Positions 46,716 through 61,385 of a stretch of 64,000 nucleotides of DNA are shown here, piece by piece; position 1 is the stretch's first letter, and each line of letters begins with the position of its first letter. This DNA is from Podarcis melisellensis (lineage: Eukaryota), in NCBI GenBank assembly GCA_964234715.1, contig OZ174286.1; one strand, written 5' to 3'. The notes under the pieces were generated by a model that was given only the letters and a program-made list of their open reading frames with translations, was not told the DNA's origin and ran no database searches. The translations under genes and the position numbers were made by a program.

Positions 46716-49037
46716 ACTGTGTATATATAGCAATGAATGTGCTTTAATAGAGCTATACTATTTGCCCTCACAGAGAACCATCCACCCTGCAAAGGTAAGT
46801 CACTAAAGGTAGTATTCCCTGTTTTACAGCTACTGAGCCAATTCAGCAGGAGTGTGTGGCTTGACCAAACCTATTAAGTTAATAGGCATCTTTGCAGCCA
46901 AGCATCCCACATACAAAGTCACTTTATAGCACTCAGGTTTCTACAAAAAGGAGGTTCAGTGCACAACTATAGAGGGGGTGGTGTTTTGTTTATTTAAAGA
47001 AGGCAAGATTCACAGGCCAGGAAAGCTCAAAAAGTGGTGTTGTGCATGCCTTTTAAAATTGATAAGTCCTATAATATTTAATACGCAAAAAGGTATCCCA
47101 CTGTTGGTTATTTGGGTGTGTCAATTTTGTGGAAGTGAGGAACTTTCACAACAAAGTATTAACTTGATTAAGTTGTTTTTGAAACAAGAAAACTGATGCT
47201 AATCTCATGTCAAATTACTTAACGCCAACTAGCATTTATATAGCACTTCTGAGAATATTCAAAATGTAACATCTCCGACAATCCCTGCACCAACCTTGTA
47301 AAGTAGATCAGTGTTGCTATTCCCTTATGCAATTTTTATTTTTTTATTTATGTATTTATTTTACCGAGAGAGGCTGTATAGTTTAAAAGAACATCAAACA
47401 ACTTATAAACTGAAACATTGTAGAACCGTCTTACTGGATCTAACCAGGATAATCATTCATTTTGGGTAAGTTCAAATAGTCTATGGAAGTACACAAATGG
47501 AGATGAGTACCGTCCTCACCTGCTTTGCTAATAAAGGTTTTGCTGCTGTTCACGCTAGAGGAACACAGTATATCAAATTTTAAAATCTTCATAATGTAAT
47601 AAGAAAGTGTCTCACTCAGACTTATGATTTAATTGTAATTCTCCCCTATACACTTAGCAAGTAAACCACTGCCAAAGTAACACTGGCGATCTTAGGACCT
47701 GCCTCTGTGGTTTATATATAAAGGGTTTACAATTTTACTACTTAAGAGCTGGTCCTATGGAGGTGTTACCTCACCATTTATATTTTCTTCAACACTTATG
47801 ATATTGCTATCACACTCTTAAAATAAGAAAATCTACCATGAACCAGAACAAGCTCAAAGTTAGCCCCCCCCTCGAACCAAAAAGAAAAAAAGAAAAAGAA
47901 AAAAAGCATATCCCCTAAGATTCACATCATTCTTTTTTGCTGTACGATTCAATTTGGGGGTGGAGAGAGAGAATCTGGAGTGATTAGGTGCTACAAAGTA
48001 TTGGGTATTTGAAATCATTTATTTTTTAAGACATCTAAAGGCTCATACTTAATGACTGAAGCTATAAACATGCTGATTTTTAAAAAATAAAATAAAAACA
48101 AAGTTATGTCTTTGACTTTGTGATTTATTAACTTGTTATTTTGAAGATTACACATTGTGCAAAGAATGGATTTACGGGTGCATTTAATGAGGCAAGTAGA
48201 AGGTACAGCAAACATGAAAAGACTGTTCTGAATTGTCGTGTGTGAGCTATTTGATATTTCTGACACAGTACAAAAGGCGGCTTCTCTGTAGATTGATCAC
48301 GGTTCGGTTAACATCACTGAATATCTAATACCTCCAACTCAATTAATTCTCACCTGATTAAGATCAGACTGATATTCAAACTAAATCATCTCTCCAGTCA
48401 AGTAGAAATCAATATTTCTTATTTTACTTTTAAATTATAGCAACAAATAAAATATACACATTGCCGTGTGCCAGGAGTGGCTTTTCCCAGCTTGGCCCAC
48501 TATGGCATGCATAACAGAGCTGATTAAAGAATTATTCTAATTTGAGCAAGGACATATAGAAAAAAACAATATTAAATCCGAATATGGCGAGATGGAAAGA
48601 AGTAATTATAGGGCAAGCAGAAGATTGACATAGCATAAACTCTTATTCTCTAAAAATTTACCTCATTTGTCAGATCTGAACATCCATTTGCCTTCGCGTT
48701 CATGCCTGCCACACTATGTTTATAATCCCATATTAAATAATGATCCTCTACCCTACCTCCAACAAAGTCCCTACAACAAACCCAGCACATCTTCCTTAAC
48801 AGAACCATTTCAGAAATTGGCACGTGTGGGAAACTCTAGAGGGACAGGAGAAAGAAAGACCAAGAGCCTACTAAAAATCAAATTCTGCTCAAATTTAACA
48901 GGTCTCTCTCTCTGCCACCCCCGCAATCTAACCTTACTCCACAACGCAGCCACTTTATTTCCTTCTGGTAAACTGGGGTATTCTGAGCTATAGGCTCTTG
49001 TAGACCAATCCTACATATGCTACCACTCCAGCAAATA

Positions 49038-49306
49038 CAGTGGTACCTTGGTTCTCAAATGCCTTGGTACTCAAACAACTCTGAGCCCAAACACTGCAAA
49101 CCCGGAAGTAGGTGTTCCGGTTTGCGAACTTTTTTCAGAAGCCGAACATACTCCTTTTTGAGTGTTATGCTTCCGTTTTGAGTGCCACACTTCCGTTCTG
49201 AGAGTTACGCTGAGGTCTGTCAGTTTCTGCTGTTTATTTTGCATTTTTGTTTTGCGCCTTTTTTGTTTTGTTTTTGTGACTGTGTGGAACCCAGTTCAGC
49301 TACTTG

Positions 49307-49343
<37 letters not shown>

Positions 49344-49559
49344 CTGAGTGAGTGACTGCAGTACATTGTTCATTGCTTTCATTTATGGATCAATCATCTT
49401 GTTAAGATAGTAAAATTCATGTTAAATTGCTGTTTTAGGGGTTGTTTTTAAAGGTCTGGAACAGATTAATCCATTTTGCATTACTTTCTATGGGAAAGTG
49501 CGCCTTGGTTTTGGAGCGGACTTCCGGAACGATTTAGTTTGAGAACCAAGGTACCACTG
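49038..49559. mobile_element. Tc1/mariner-type non-autonomous element with internal (ATTG)n
   Basis: TA TSD and a perfect TIR CAGTGGTACCTTGGTTCTCAAA. Confidence 0.88.
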
Positions 49560-50149
49560 TACCAGTTTGCGGCACTAGAGCAGCAGCTGAAATTAAACGG
49601 CACAGTACTAGTCACTCTAGGGCAGGAGTACCCAGGATGATGTTCTCCAGAGGTTATGGACTACAGTTCTCATCATTCCTCACCACAGGCCATGCGCAGC
49701 AAGGTTGGGGGTTGGGAAAAACTCACTAGCACACCATCCTCAGTGACTTTCAGCTAACACATACAAGCAGAGTTACGACAACACAAAGAGAACAATAGGG
49801 GAACTAGAAAAAGGGATGGTTCCGAATCTTCAGTTTCTTTTTGAACTGTCAGAAGTGCACATGTTCATTATTACATAGTATTTGCAGTGAACACCCCATT
49901 TTGTGACCTTGTTTTGGTTTTTAAAACAATCTTTTAATTATTGCACGGATGCTTTGCCACAAAAGACAAGCAAAGTGTTATGGTAGTATAGTGTTACAGC
50001 ACCAGAATCAATTATTATAGTACTATATTGTTATAGCGCTATCTTTTCTGGCTTCTTTGTTTTAATGAAAGCGTTGTAGTAATAATTAAAGGCAGATTCA
50101 AAATAAACAAATGGGGCGGTCGTTTAGTGAATGTGTGCTAAGTTTCTTT

Positions 50150-50545
50150 CTCTTTTTTGATATTTTTCCATTTTTTTAACAGTGTTGTTTACATTTAAAT
50201 CATTTTCATTTTTTTACACATATGGAATATGGGATTACTTGAATCCCTGGGCTCCCCGCCCCCGGGTTTCCAATATTTGTCTAGTCTTTCTACTGCATCT
50301 AATTACATTTTTCAAATTGTTTTAGGTTCACTTTTAAATTTAACCTTATTACATTTTAAGTGCTATAACAATCCTGCTAACATTTTAAAGTATCTACAGT
50401 GATTTCTAGGGTACTCTATAAATTTTCCCCACATTTTATTAAATTTCTTATCAACTTGGTGTCTGATCTTCACGGTCATTTTTGCCAATTCGGCATAGTC
50501 CATCATCTTGGTTATCCATTCTTCTTTGTGTGTGCTAAGATTCAA
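50150..50545 (-). mobile_element. L1 LINE ORF2 C-terminal / 3' UTR remnant
   Basis: KEEWITKMMDYAELAKMT...WGKFIEY resembles the end of non-mammalian L1 ORF2. Confidence 0.65.
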
Positions 50546-50626
50546 CTAGCCCAAGTCACAGCAGCTATGTCATGCCCACTGGTGTGGACAGAATGCAGTG
50601 GGGTGCATATATAGCAAAATGCAATA

Positions 50627-50868
50627 CAGTGGTACCTCAGGTTAAGTACTTAATTCGTTCCAGAGGTCTGTTCTTAACCTGAAACTGTTCTTAACCTGAA
50701 GCACCACTTTAGCTAATGGGGCCTCCTGCTGCCGCTGCGCCACCGGAGCACGATTTCTGTTCTCATCCTGAAGCAAAGTTCTTAACCCGAGGTACTATTT
50801 CTGGGTTAGCGGAGTCTGTAACCTGAAGTGTATGTAACCTGAAGCGTATGTAACCCGAGGTACCACTG
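50627..50868. mobile_element. Tc1/mariner-type MITE (family copy 5)
   Basis: TA TSD and CAGTGGTACCTC TIRs. Confidence 0.9.
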
Positions 50869-53053
50869 TACTCTCAATAGTATAGAAAGTCAATTCCAAT
50901 TCTAGCTTACAACAGAATAATAATAACTGGGTAGTTCTAAAAGTGACCCATATGGAAGCAGCAGCCTTGGCCAAATGCATCTTGTCGCACTCATGAAATG
51001 CTTCTCATTGAATTCATAGCAATTTCTGAGGGGAGAGACAGTTCATGTTGAGCTGAAGTTGCAGGACACCCAGAACACACCAAGTTCCCCAAGAATGACC
51101 TTTCCAGTTTCCAAAACTGTTTTTAGAATGACCTGGAGGAGAGCCAAGAAGTTGTTCACTAAACCAGAGATGATCTGCCTTCCCAGAAAGGGAACTAAAT
51201 TTAGTCCCGGCCTAGAAAGACGAGTGCCGGGCAAAGGAGTTAATTGGAACTTTAAAAGCAGCCTTGGCAAGGCAAAAGGCCGGTAGTAAAATTAATGAAA
51301 AAGTAATAATGAAAACAAAAGCAATACCCAGGAAGCAACAAGCCTTTGACACAGAACTATCTGCAAAAACAAAGACCAAGTGAGTCTGTGTCCTTTCTCT
51401 GCAGATCTTTGGGGGTGGCGCATTTTCAGAAGACCTGCTTGAGAATTAATCCCAATTTGTTGACAGAAAAGTTAGCTAGATTCAACTGCAATGGTAAAAA
51501 CACAGCTTTTCCAGTCCATTTCACAGGAGTGCCCTGATAAAGCCAGGGCAGTCCCTTTATGCAGGTATGACATTAACACCTGGCAAATTCAGGTAAGCTC
51601 CTACACCATGAAACACTTCTTAGAGGACTAAGGGGATGGAGGGGATCCTACTCAAAGGTGGCCCCCAGCTGCGGGTTTCCTGCTCTGTTTTCGATGCAAA
51701 ATGCTTCAGAAAGAGCAGACTCCTGGCATTTCACACCATTTTATCTTCTAACGGAACTGCATTTGCTAGTCATCTCTCACTAGCTTCAAGCCCCTTCCTC
51801 GTTTACACACAAAGCCTGCGCACTGATCTCAGAAAAGTGAACAGCAGGTAGCAAAGAATCCATTTCTCCTTCCTGCTTCAAATCGAGACTAGTCCATTCA
51901 GTTAGATATGCATTGTTTGGGGTGCCTCTGGGGTAGGCCCTAAAGAGGTGTCAGACAGAGGGACAAGCCAAACAAGCAAAAAAGATTGCAGGGAAAGCAA
52001 CATTGACTCAAGGAGAAATTTCAACTGAAATATGAGATCACAGACCCAGGGCCCGTAGATTAATTGTGTGCAGGTGACTGGCGCTGTCAAGCATCTGACA
52101 GCACCAAGTATCCTTCTCCAAGAGGCACGTCTGCAGATCTAATCCAGGTTAATGAGCAACACCAACTCTGAAACTAAAAATATAACGGAGATCAATCTGA
52201 ATGCTTGAGATAATCATTTACAACCGCAACCCTCGTTGAAGAAACGGAAGAGTATAACATGATACTGTGCTGTGGATTCAGAACACGCAACAGCGAGCAA
52301 AAGGCAGCAGGAGCAGAGACTGATTGGAGAAAGACGTAGCAAAATAATGAGCAATATTTATTTATTAAATTTCTATACAGCCCTTCATTTGAAGATCACA
52401 GGGCATTCTACATTATAAAAACACTAAAATACATACCATAACAACAAACAAAAACAACCCCCCCCCCAGTTTAAAAGGCCATAGATGGTTTAATTAACCA
52501 GAGAAATGTTTTTGCGTGGCGCCTAAAGTTATGCAATGAAGGTGTCAGGCGAGCCTCCCTGGGGAGAGCACTGTACAAGCTGGGAGCCACTGCAGAAAAG
52601 GCCCATTGATAAGAAATGAGAAGCTGAGAAGAAATAACAAGAAATAACACATTTTCCCTGTTTCTCTCCCAATAGAGGTCACCATACAGGGTGACCAAAG
52701 CAGTTTCTGTGCCTAACTGGGTCTAAATCCTGATTGAAATGGATCTGGAAAATCAGTTTCCTCCAAGAGCACCTGGATCTGGTCCGCAACCACCCACTCA
52801 AGGACGTTGCTCAAGAAGGGGAGTTTGGCAACTGGCTGGCAATTACTTACAATTTTCCAAATTCCAGGAGAGTTTTCTGAGGAGTGGTTTTACCAATGCC
52901 TCCTTCCAGCAGGCAGGGATCACGCCTTTTCAGAAGGAAACATTATTCACCTGCCTAACCCAGCCAAGCTGCCCCCTCCCTGCTAGTTTCATGCTGTGCC
53001 TCTTATAATACCTGTATAATGTGTATGTGAACAAAAAGTGTTATTTTAGACTA

Positions 53054-53298
53054 CAGTCATACCTTGGTTTTCGAACGCCTTGTGAGTCAAACATTTTGGC
53101 TCCCGAACACCGCAAACCTGGAAGTGAGTGTTTCAGTTTGCAAACGTTATTTTGGAACCCAAATGTCCAACGGGGCTTCTGCGGCTTCTGGTTGGATGCA
53201 GGAGCTTCCTGCAGCCAATCAGAAGCCGCACGTTGGTTTCCAAATGTTTTGGAAGTCGAACGGACTTTGACTTCCATTTGACTTCCAAGGTACGACTG
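53054..53298. mobile_element. Tc1/mariner-type MITE
   Basis: TA TSD, TIR CAGTC(A/G)TACCTTGG, and an internal palindrome. Confidence 0.85.
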
Positions 53299-55344
53299 TA
53301 TTTGTCTCGTGGCCACCTTTGTCCCACACACTGAAAGTTGGAGACATCTCTGACAACCAAAGGGACCACAACACAGTTTGAAAGATACTGAAGATACTTA
53401 AATCCCTCAGAAAATGTCTTAAAACCAACTGTGTTTTGGCACCACAATATTAGACCTATGAGAGCTGGTTTAGTCTAGTGCCTGTGGCTAAGTGCTGAGG
53501 AAAAATACCCTCATTTAATCCTTGCGTCAGCTAAGAACTGACTACAAGTGGCCTCTTCAAAATTACTAACATAAACAAAGTTGCCACATTCCAATGCATT
53601 TAGCCCTCCAATGTTTTTAGAGAATGTGTGAACATGCCCTTTTCCCTCGTGCCCTCCTTTTTAGTAGGCTAAACAAGCCCACTGGGGATATCATTCTCCA
53701 AAAACACTCATTTTATAGACTTTTCCTTCCTCACGTCCCAACACCTGTAAAAATGAAGCAGGCTTTGTCAAGAAAGAGGTCTATATTTTGTGACAAACAT
53801 ACCTTTTTCGCCTATTAGGCTGGTCCCTTTCAAGAGCGCCAGTAGATTAGTTTCCTGTTTCCATAGTAAGAATTCTTGACCAGGGTCTGGAAGAGGCAGA
53901 ACTAGAACACACACAAAGTTCCCCTACAGCTATCTCCCATCAGTGCTTAATGCTACGTTAACCTGTGTCAAACTGCAACACGGCAACATAGCCTCAGTCT
54001 CAGTTTTCTCATATCCTGTAGGATCAAGTGCTCTACAGTTGGGCAACAGCAGGTGTGATATAGAATATAAAATGGAGACAGTTTGTAGCACTAAGCCTTC
54101 TAGCTGCAGCCTAAATTGGTCTTCAAAAGGCTTAGCGTCCGTATGCAAGGCAGGGGGGGGGGGAAACCTACGAGATTCTTGGTGGTGAACACACCTCTTT
54201 CCACCACCAGATGGGGATAAAGCAGATTATATATAACCGATGCCTTTAAATTAGTTTATCTGTACAGAGGCTTTTGTAATCCAAACTCATGCTACAGCCA
54301 CCACTCTGAGGCATATAACTCCATGTTTCACTAACATCTCCTACTACTTTTCATGAGAGAAGGCTTTCTTTTCAATGGAAAAGGTGGAAGACAGAGCTTC
54401 TTCTACCATTTAGTTGAAACAGAAGAAGTTCTGCACCTATTATTATTATTAATTAAATTTGTATACTGCCGTTCATCCACAGACCTCAGGGCGGTTCACA
54501 ACATAAAACTACAATATAAAAAACACAAAATACACAATAAGAACAAAAACAAACCAGTAACCCACAACACATTTAAAAGGGCATCAGATGCCAAAGGCCT
54601 GGTTGAAGAGGAACGTTTTCGCTTGGTGCCTAAAGGCATGTAATTAATGCACCAGGCAAGCCTCTCTGGGGGAAACACTCCACAAATGGAGAACACCTTC
54701 AGAAAAGCCCCATTCCTGTATTGCTACCCTCCAGAGCTCTCGTGGAGGAGGCACATGAAGAATGATGGGTGGCTTCATATGGAGAGAGGCAGTCCTTAGC
54801 CGTTTATAGGTCAAAACCAGTATTGGGATTAAAAAGAACCCGCATGTTTTTCTACACTAATGAAGCATCACACTTAAAAAGATGAGGAAATAAGCGTAAA
54901 AACACATATCTTAATTCCTTCCCATAAAATATCTGAAAGCAACTGCACAATAAAAACAGCCACACAATTTCATATATTAAACACCATCTCTAGGCCAATG
55001 AAGATACAGTCTGGGATGTATCTTTCCACTTGCTAAAAAAAGGAAGACAATGGAAATGATGCCTATCTGAGACGTACATGAAGTGTACATGAGCCCATCA
55101 GGTGAAGAGCACATTATAAATACTTGAAAGATGATCCTTCAGCACTTCCAAACTAGCATGAATATTGATAAAATCAAGAGTATTTCCAGGTTGTCAAAAT
55201 AAAATGCCTCCTAACACAGCTAAATGTGCATCCATTTTATTTTATATAAATCTTATCTCCTTAAACTGTGACTGTTATCTCTTTCTCTCTCTCTCCCTTT
55301 TAAAAAAATACAAATGAACAATGTATTGTACTGCTATATGAAAT

Positions 55345-55359
55345 CCTCTAGAGGGCAAC
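55345..55359 (+). promoter_or_regulatory. Candidate CTCF site
   Basis: CCTCTAGAGGGCAAC matches the CTCF core. This is a motif match only. Confidence 0.4.
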
Positions 55360-56499
55360 TAAGTTTCAGAGTAGGCCTAAACAATCAGTTCCTTAATTAT
55401 TTTAAAAAGAGCCCCCCCCCATGTCTTTAATTTCACCAATGCTTTATTTCCAACTCTACATGTATTTATTTGGAAAAAAGCCCAAATGAACTCAATCGGA
55501 CTTACTTCTGAGTAGACATGTATAGGCTTGAGAAGTCAACTGCCTAAAATCATTACGGGGTGAACAATTTTAAAATAGGGAAAAGTGTTGGAATGAAAGA
55601 GAAGTAGTCAAAACTAGTGACTGAGACAGAGTGACTATTTTTTGGCATGGAATTTTTGAAATAGCTTCCATTACAGAAAATGGTGGAAGATCTGTATATT
55701 GATCAGACTATTTCCCTCAAAGTCACCTAATTTGTACAGTACAAATTAAGCAACCAACACTCTTCCCATTTTTATTTTTATTTAAAAAAAATACATTTTT
55801 TAGGTTTTGGAAATGACACAATGAAGCAAATGTTTAACAAGCTAAATACAAGTGGTATTTTTCAAATAACTGGTGCAAGACTTTAAAAAAGGACATTTTT
55901 ATTTTGCACTATTTGCCTTTCAGGCTATCAAGTTACTACTGCAAACTATTTTTTTGTTGCTGGTAAGACCATATTAGTTCACCATTAGAAAGCTGAGTCA
56001 ACAGCAGCAATTGTAGATGTTCCAGATATCATTGGGATGGATAAACTGACAAATAAAGTGTGATGAAGGAATGACTCTGAAGTTTCTGTGCAACTAACTG
56101 CAAAACGCACTCCGTTTATTCTGTGCTGGAATGCCCAATGTAATAATGTTAAGACTGAAAAACGCATGGAAATATTTTTTAAAACATTTTTTAAAGGAAC
56201 AAACCTTAGAATACCATACAAAGATTAAATGAAGTAAAGGGCTTAGTTACATGACACTCCATAGGTTTCAATAAAGAAACCTACTTTGCCAGTGAGTAGC
56301 AGCTGATTTAGGCAGGAAGCCATATGGACTGACAAAAAGTGCTGCCAATTTACTGACTATTTTTTCCTTTTCAGTTGCTCAGCAAAATCTAGTTCTAAAA
56401 ATGCAGTTCTAAAAGCTGGCTAAATAGAAGTATTTTCCATTTGACAAAGAGCTGATTAGCACCACTTTAAATATTAGGAATTCGAATACACGTAGAAAA

Positions 56500-57572
56500 A
56501 CTACTGCTATGCTAGGCTGCATCAAGAAAAGCGTAGTGTCCAGATCGAGGGAAGTAACAGTGCCACCCTATTCTGCCTTGGTCAAATCACACCTGAAATA
56601 CTATGTCCAGTTATGGGAGCCGCAATTTAAGGACATTGACAAGCTGGAACATGTTCAGTGGAGAGTGACCAAGATGATCAAGGGTCTGGAAACCAAGCCT
56701 TATGAGGAACAGTCGAAGGAGTTTGGTTTAGCCTGGAAAAGAGGAGACCGAGAGGAGATAGGATAGCCACCTTCAAATATCTAAAGGGCTGCCACATGGA
56801 AGATGGAGCAAGCTTGTTTTCTCCTGCTCTAGATGGGAGGATGATTAACAAAACCAATACTCCTGGCAAACTGGGAATATTCCCTCCCTCACCCAACTTT
56901 AGGATAGTCCACCATTCTTCAGCAGTTTCTTTTTCTTTGAGGAAAAATAAGTGGCTCACGTACACATGTAAACTAAGCTTTAATAACACTGTAACAAAAT
57001 AACGTAATGAGAGAGACTAAATACAGCAACATGAAACTCAATGCAATAACATGAGGCAAGTCTTGGTCCCTCTTAACTGACATTCTTAACTGAACACACT
57101 GAAGGGAGGGGCATAACACACAAGCCCCGCCCACCAGATACCAAAAATTCTACTGATCAAATGAGGCCCCAGTGTTTTTCTTACACTAGAGCAGGCATAG
57201 GCAAACTCTGGCCCTCCAGATGTTTTGAGACTACAATTCCCATCATCCCTAGCTAACAGGACCATTGGTCAGGGATGATGGGAATTGTAGTCTCAAAACA
57301 TCTGGAGGGCCGGAGTTTGCCTATACGTGCACTAGAGGCTAGGACTAAAACCAATGGCTTCGAGTTACAGGAAAGCAGATTCTGAGGTAGAACTTTCTGA
57401 CAGTAAGAGCTGCTGGGACAGTGGAGCAGACTCCCTTGCAAACTGGTGGGCTCTCCTTCCTTGGAGGTTTCTAAGCAGAGGTTGGATGTCGATCTGTCAT
57501 GGATGCTTTACTTGAGATTGCTGCATTGCAGAGGGTTGAGAGGAACCCCTCTCAACACTACAATTCTATGCT
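56500..57572 (+). mobile_element. CR1 LINE 3' fragment, interrupted
   Basis: MLGCIKKSVVSRSREV...YSALVKSHLKYYVQLW...DIDKLEHVQWRVTKMIKGLE is the CR1 RT C-terminus; the element has an ATTCTATG tail. Split by ~330 bp of other sequence and a MITE. Confidence 0.85.
57192..57329. mobile_element. Palindromic hAT-type MITE
   Basis: TIR CAGGCATAGGCAAACT and a perfect 8-bp TSD CACTAGAG. Confidence 0.9.
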
Positions 57573-60500
57573 TCTTGTTTACTCTTACAAGCAACTACAA
57601 TTAGATTGGCATGGGGATCTCTGGAGCCGTTTTATAGGCTAAAACCAGGGACAATGAACTGGCTTTCCAGATGCTGTTGGACTGCAACTTCCACAATGCC
57701 TTGCCACTGCTCATGCTTGCTGGAGGCGATAGGAGCTGGAACCCCATAACATCCAGCAGGAGGGGACCCCCCCGACAAGTTCCCAACCCCTGCTGCCTTA
57801 CTTAAAACCATGTGCGCAGAGATTCAACAAGATTGAATGAGGAATGTGCACCAGTTACCTGGTGGTCCAAGGCCATGTGTTAATGTTAGGTTAACATGCA
57901 TGTCCTGTAAGCCAATGACCTATACACCATAATTCAAAAGGTACACCGTATTTTTAGCTAGGCTAGGTCTGGCTGAGTGGTTTGCTTCAGGCATGTCAAA
58001 TCTCATTCTTCTACACCTGCCCCATGTATGCGAGAAAAGATTTAAGCATGTTTTGGAGAGGAATAGTGCCATCAGTTATAGTGCAGTGTCTGAGCTTGAT
58101 AGGCACATTATTGTTTGCAGTATCTACAGTTATAGGTTAATACTAAAACTTATTTATATAATTGAAGTGCATTTACAGCTTACAGAAAGGCAGCAAAACC
58201 AACCAAGAGTCTTGTGGCACCTTAAAGGCTAACAGATTTTATTACAGCAAACTTTCATGAACCACGGTACAAATTCATCCAATCTTAAGGTGCTGCAGAA
58301 CTTTGTTGGTTAAAAACTCAGAATTTTGTAATTTAGAAAGTGTGGTGTTTTTTTTTAATTCTGAAGGCACATAGTCTAATAGCACAGTCCAATGTCCGCA
58401 AAGAATTAAAATTCAATGTGGCTTACGCCCAGGTAGGTGGGGTTAGGAGGGCCGCTTAAACTGTTGACAACTGAAGAGAAATAATGGTTCCTTTATTAGG
58501 TCCACTGACATCATTTGTTGGAAAGCCATTCAATTGACTGGTAGCTTTGAATGCAAAACGTGGATTACTTAAATGGGTAGCTCTTTTGATCAAAAGCAGA
58601 AGCAGTTTTCCAACACTATAGTAAATAATTTCCATGAAAAGATGCATCAGATTCAACAGTAGAAAAACAACCTATTTCTAGTGTGAAAGTAACCTTAGGG
58701 CAGTGTTAATAATTTATACTCTATATAAATATTTACACATATGTACAGAAAACATAGTAGGACCTTCCTGGTGAAATTTATTTATGTACAAACACACAGA
58801 TAACTGCATTAGTCCACAATGTAGAATGAAACAAGGGGGGGGGGACCGAAGCAGCTTCTGCAGATTTCTTTAATGTCAGGCATATGTAGCAGTTATAAAG
58901 CAGATTTCTTGACTGTAAAGCATATGTCATTGCCAAAACAGGAGAAAGAAGCCCCCCTTTTCTCTTATTTTCATATTACTGTTGCAAGCATTCATCAACA
59001 ATACGCATTCATATGCAGCTATCCTAGCAACATGTCACTGCTATATTATTTTTAGAGTGTCGAAGTGACATATGCCACAGTATTTGCAGATATTTCTATT
59101 CTCACTTAGAAGTGCAATATTAATTGCTCTGAAACAAAACCAAGTAAAATCCTCAAACCACCACCAATGACAGACTAACTAGTGTAAACAAGTAACCGAG
59201 TGATACATTTGGGGAAGCAGGGAGAGGACGAACAAGGGAGAGACTGGGGAATCAGCAGATGCTGCCTCCATGTTCCAAATGCTTTCTTTGGTCAGATTTT
59301 ATGGTTTATTAAGACAACTTCTAAATATTTTGCAAGAGTTTAAGCAACAAAGAATGCCTATAGCGGAAGAGCATGTGCTCTGCTTATGTAAAGCCCCAGG
59401 TTCAGAACCCTCCAATCTTTGGCGATTTGGGATGAAGTGAGAAAAGAAAAAAGAGAATTTGCGTCTCCACTAGTGAGTAAGCACAAGAGTGAATGCAAGG
59501 ATTCGTTCATCTCTCTGCAGCAGAAGTCAAAACAGAAAAATCTAGAGATGGAGTGAAGGGGAAAAGGAGCATAGGATATTTACACACAACTGAATTTTCT
59601 TTTCCAGCATGGTAGACCTGAAAGGGTGTTGGACCAGATGATTCTGGTGGTCCCTTCCAACTCTATGATTCTGTGGCAGTAGCTCTGGGCAACTGTAAAC
59701 TGGGGAGTGGAGAATTGTGATCATGCCGCTAACTCCACCCACAACATCTACATTGCGATTATGACATCTGTATAGAGACCAAGTGTACACTGCAGTGCCA
59801 TGCTGCACAAGTCATGAAAGTGAATCCTATGCAAGCTGGGATCTGCATGTGCGGATACAGATTATATGAAGGAGTGTAGTGACAAGCACATATAATCATA
59901 ATTCACACCCCTACCTACAGACAATTTGTTAAAAGCTATTGCGTTTACACACTGCCAAGTACACACCGCCAAAGACAACCTATTACACATAATAGTGAGG
60001 GCATCTAAAAGCTACAAAAAGCTAACACAGTATTGCGTGCTGTCTGGAAAGAATACGCAAATATAATTTAATAAGATCCTCAAATATAGCTATGCTAGCC
60101 AGTAAATATCATCCCTGGACTAAAAAAAAGGTACTGTATTGTGCAAAGTTTTGCAATAAAGCACTGCCAGATACTGCGCTCCTTAAATGCTTTAAGGGAC
60201 AGGGGGAGAATAGATTGGAGTGATTCTTCAGGCATTCAGAAACTGTGTGAAGTAATCATGCAACAAAGCAACCGAAGTGATGAGTATGCTTAGGGTTGTA
60301 GCCAACCAAGTTCTACTTAGAGCATGCCCAATGAAATTAATGGACCCAAGTTAATCATGTCTATTTATTTCAATAGGTTTACTCTGGGTAGAATGAACTT
60401 TGGACAACCTGTAGATTTTCCAGGGTTCCACAACCACAGAAGGCCTGCAGGAGTAGAAGAAGCTCTCTGCTTCAGAAGGTCGCCCTCCAACTTAGAGACA

Positions 60501-60864
60501 GTGACCAAATGGGGAGGACGTGAAGTTGTGTGCTTTTTTTTCTCCTTCTCGCACCCCTGCATAATTACTTGATTCTCAACATCCAAAGATGGCTTGGGAG
60601 AGGTCTCCAAGGAGGAAGGAGTGCAACCTGAATACAGCATCAGAAAAGTATCTCTGTGTCAGTATTTGTTGGAAGTATTTTGGTGCCTCAGGAAGAAGTC
60701 AATGTAAATGAGACATTGTAGAGAGAATGTGGAGGAGCTCCGGGAGCAATACCCCCCATTCATCCACCTTCCTTTGAAAGAAGTGCCTTCAATCCTTACG
60801 CTTCTCAGCAACCCCCCCCCCCTGCTCTTTTAAGCCACTGCTGCTTTATTGAATCAACGTATAG

Positions 60865-61385
60865 CCCTTAGAGGTCCTGGGCCCTAAGGAAGTCAGATTA
60901 TCCTCCACCAGGGCCAGGGCCTTCTCAGTGATGGCTCCAACCTGGTGGAATGCTCTGTCCCATGAGACCAGGGCCCTGCAGGATTTAACCTCCTTCTGCA
61001 GGGCCTCTAAGACAGAGCTATTCTGCCTGGCTTTCAATTTGAATTTATCCCAATCTTTTATTCCCCTTCCTTCCCTCCCCCTTCCCTTGTATGAAGATTA
61101 CCCACTCTGGGATCCCACTTAATTCCCCCCTGGTCTCCTTGCTGGCCACAATAGGACTAATTTAGCCAGCTAGCCCTGGTGATCATCTAATGTTTATTGG
61201 ATGGATTTTCCCCTAAATTGATTTTAAAACTTTGAATTTATTGTTATTCACACTTTTATACTGTATTTTATGCTGTTTTTTGTTGTATCACAATTAAGTG
61301 TATTAAATTTGTTGTTAGCCACCCTGAGCCCGGTTTTCTGAATCGGGAAAGGCAGGGTATAAATAAAAAATTATTATTATTATAT
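60865..61385 (+). mobile_element. L2-type LINE 3' fragment
   Basis: Contains APTWWNALSHETRALQDLTSFCRASKTELF; homologous to 6920-7440; (ATT)n tail. Confidence 0.8.
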
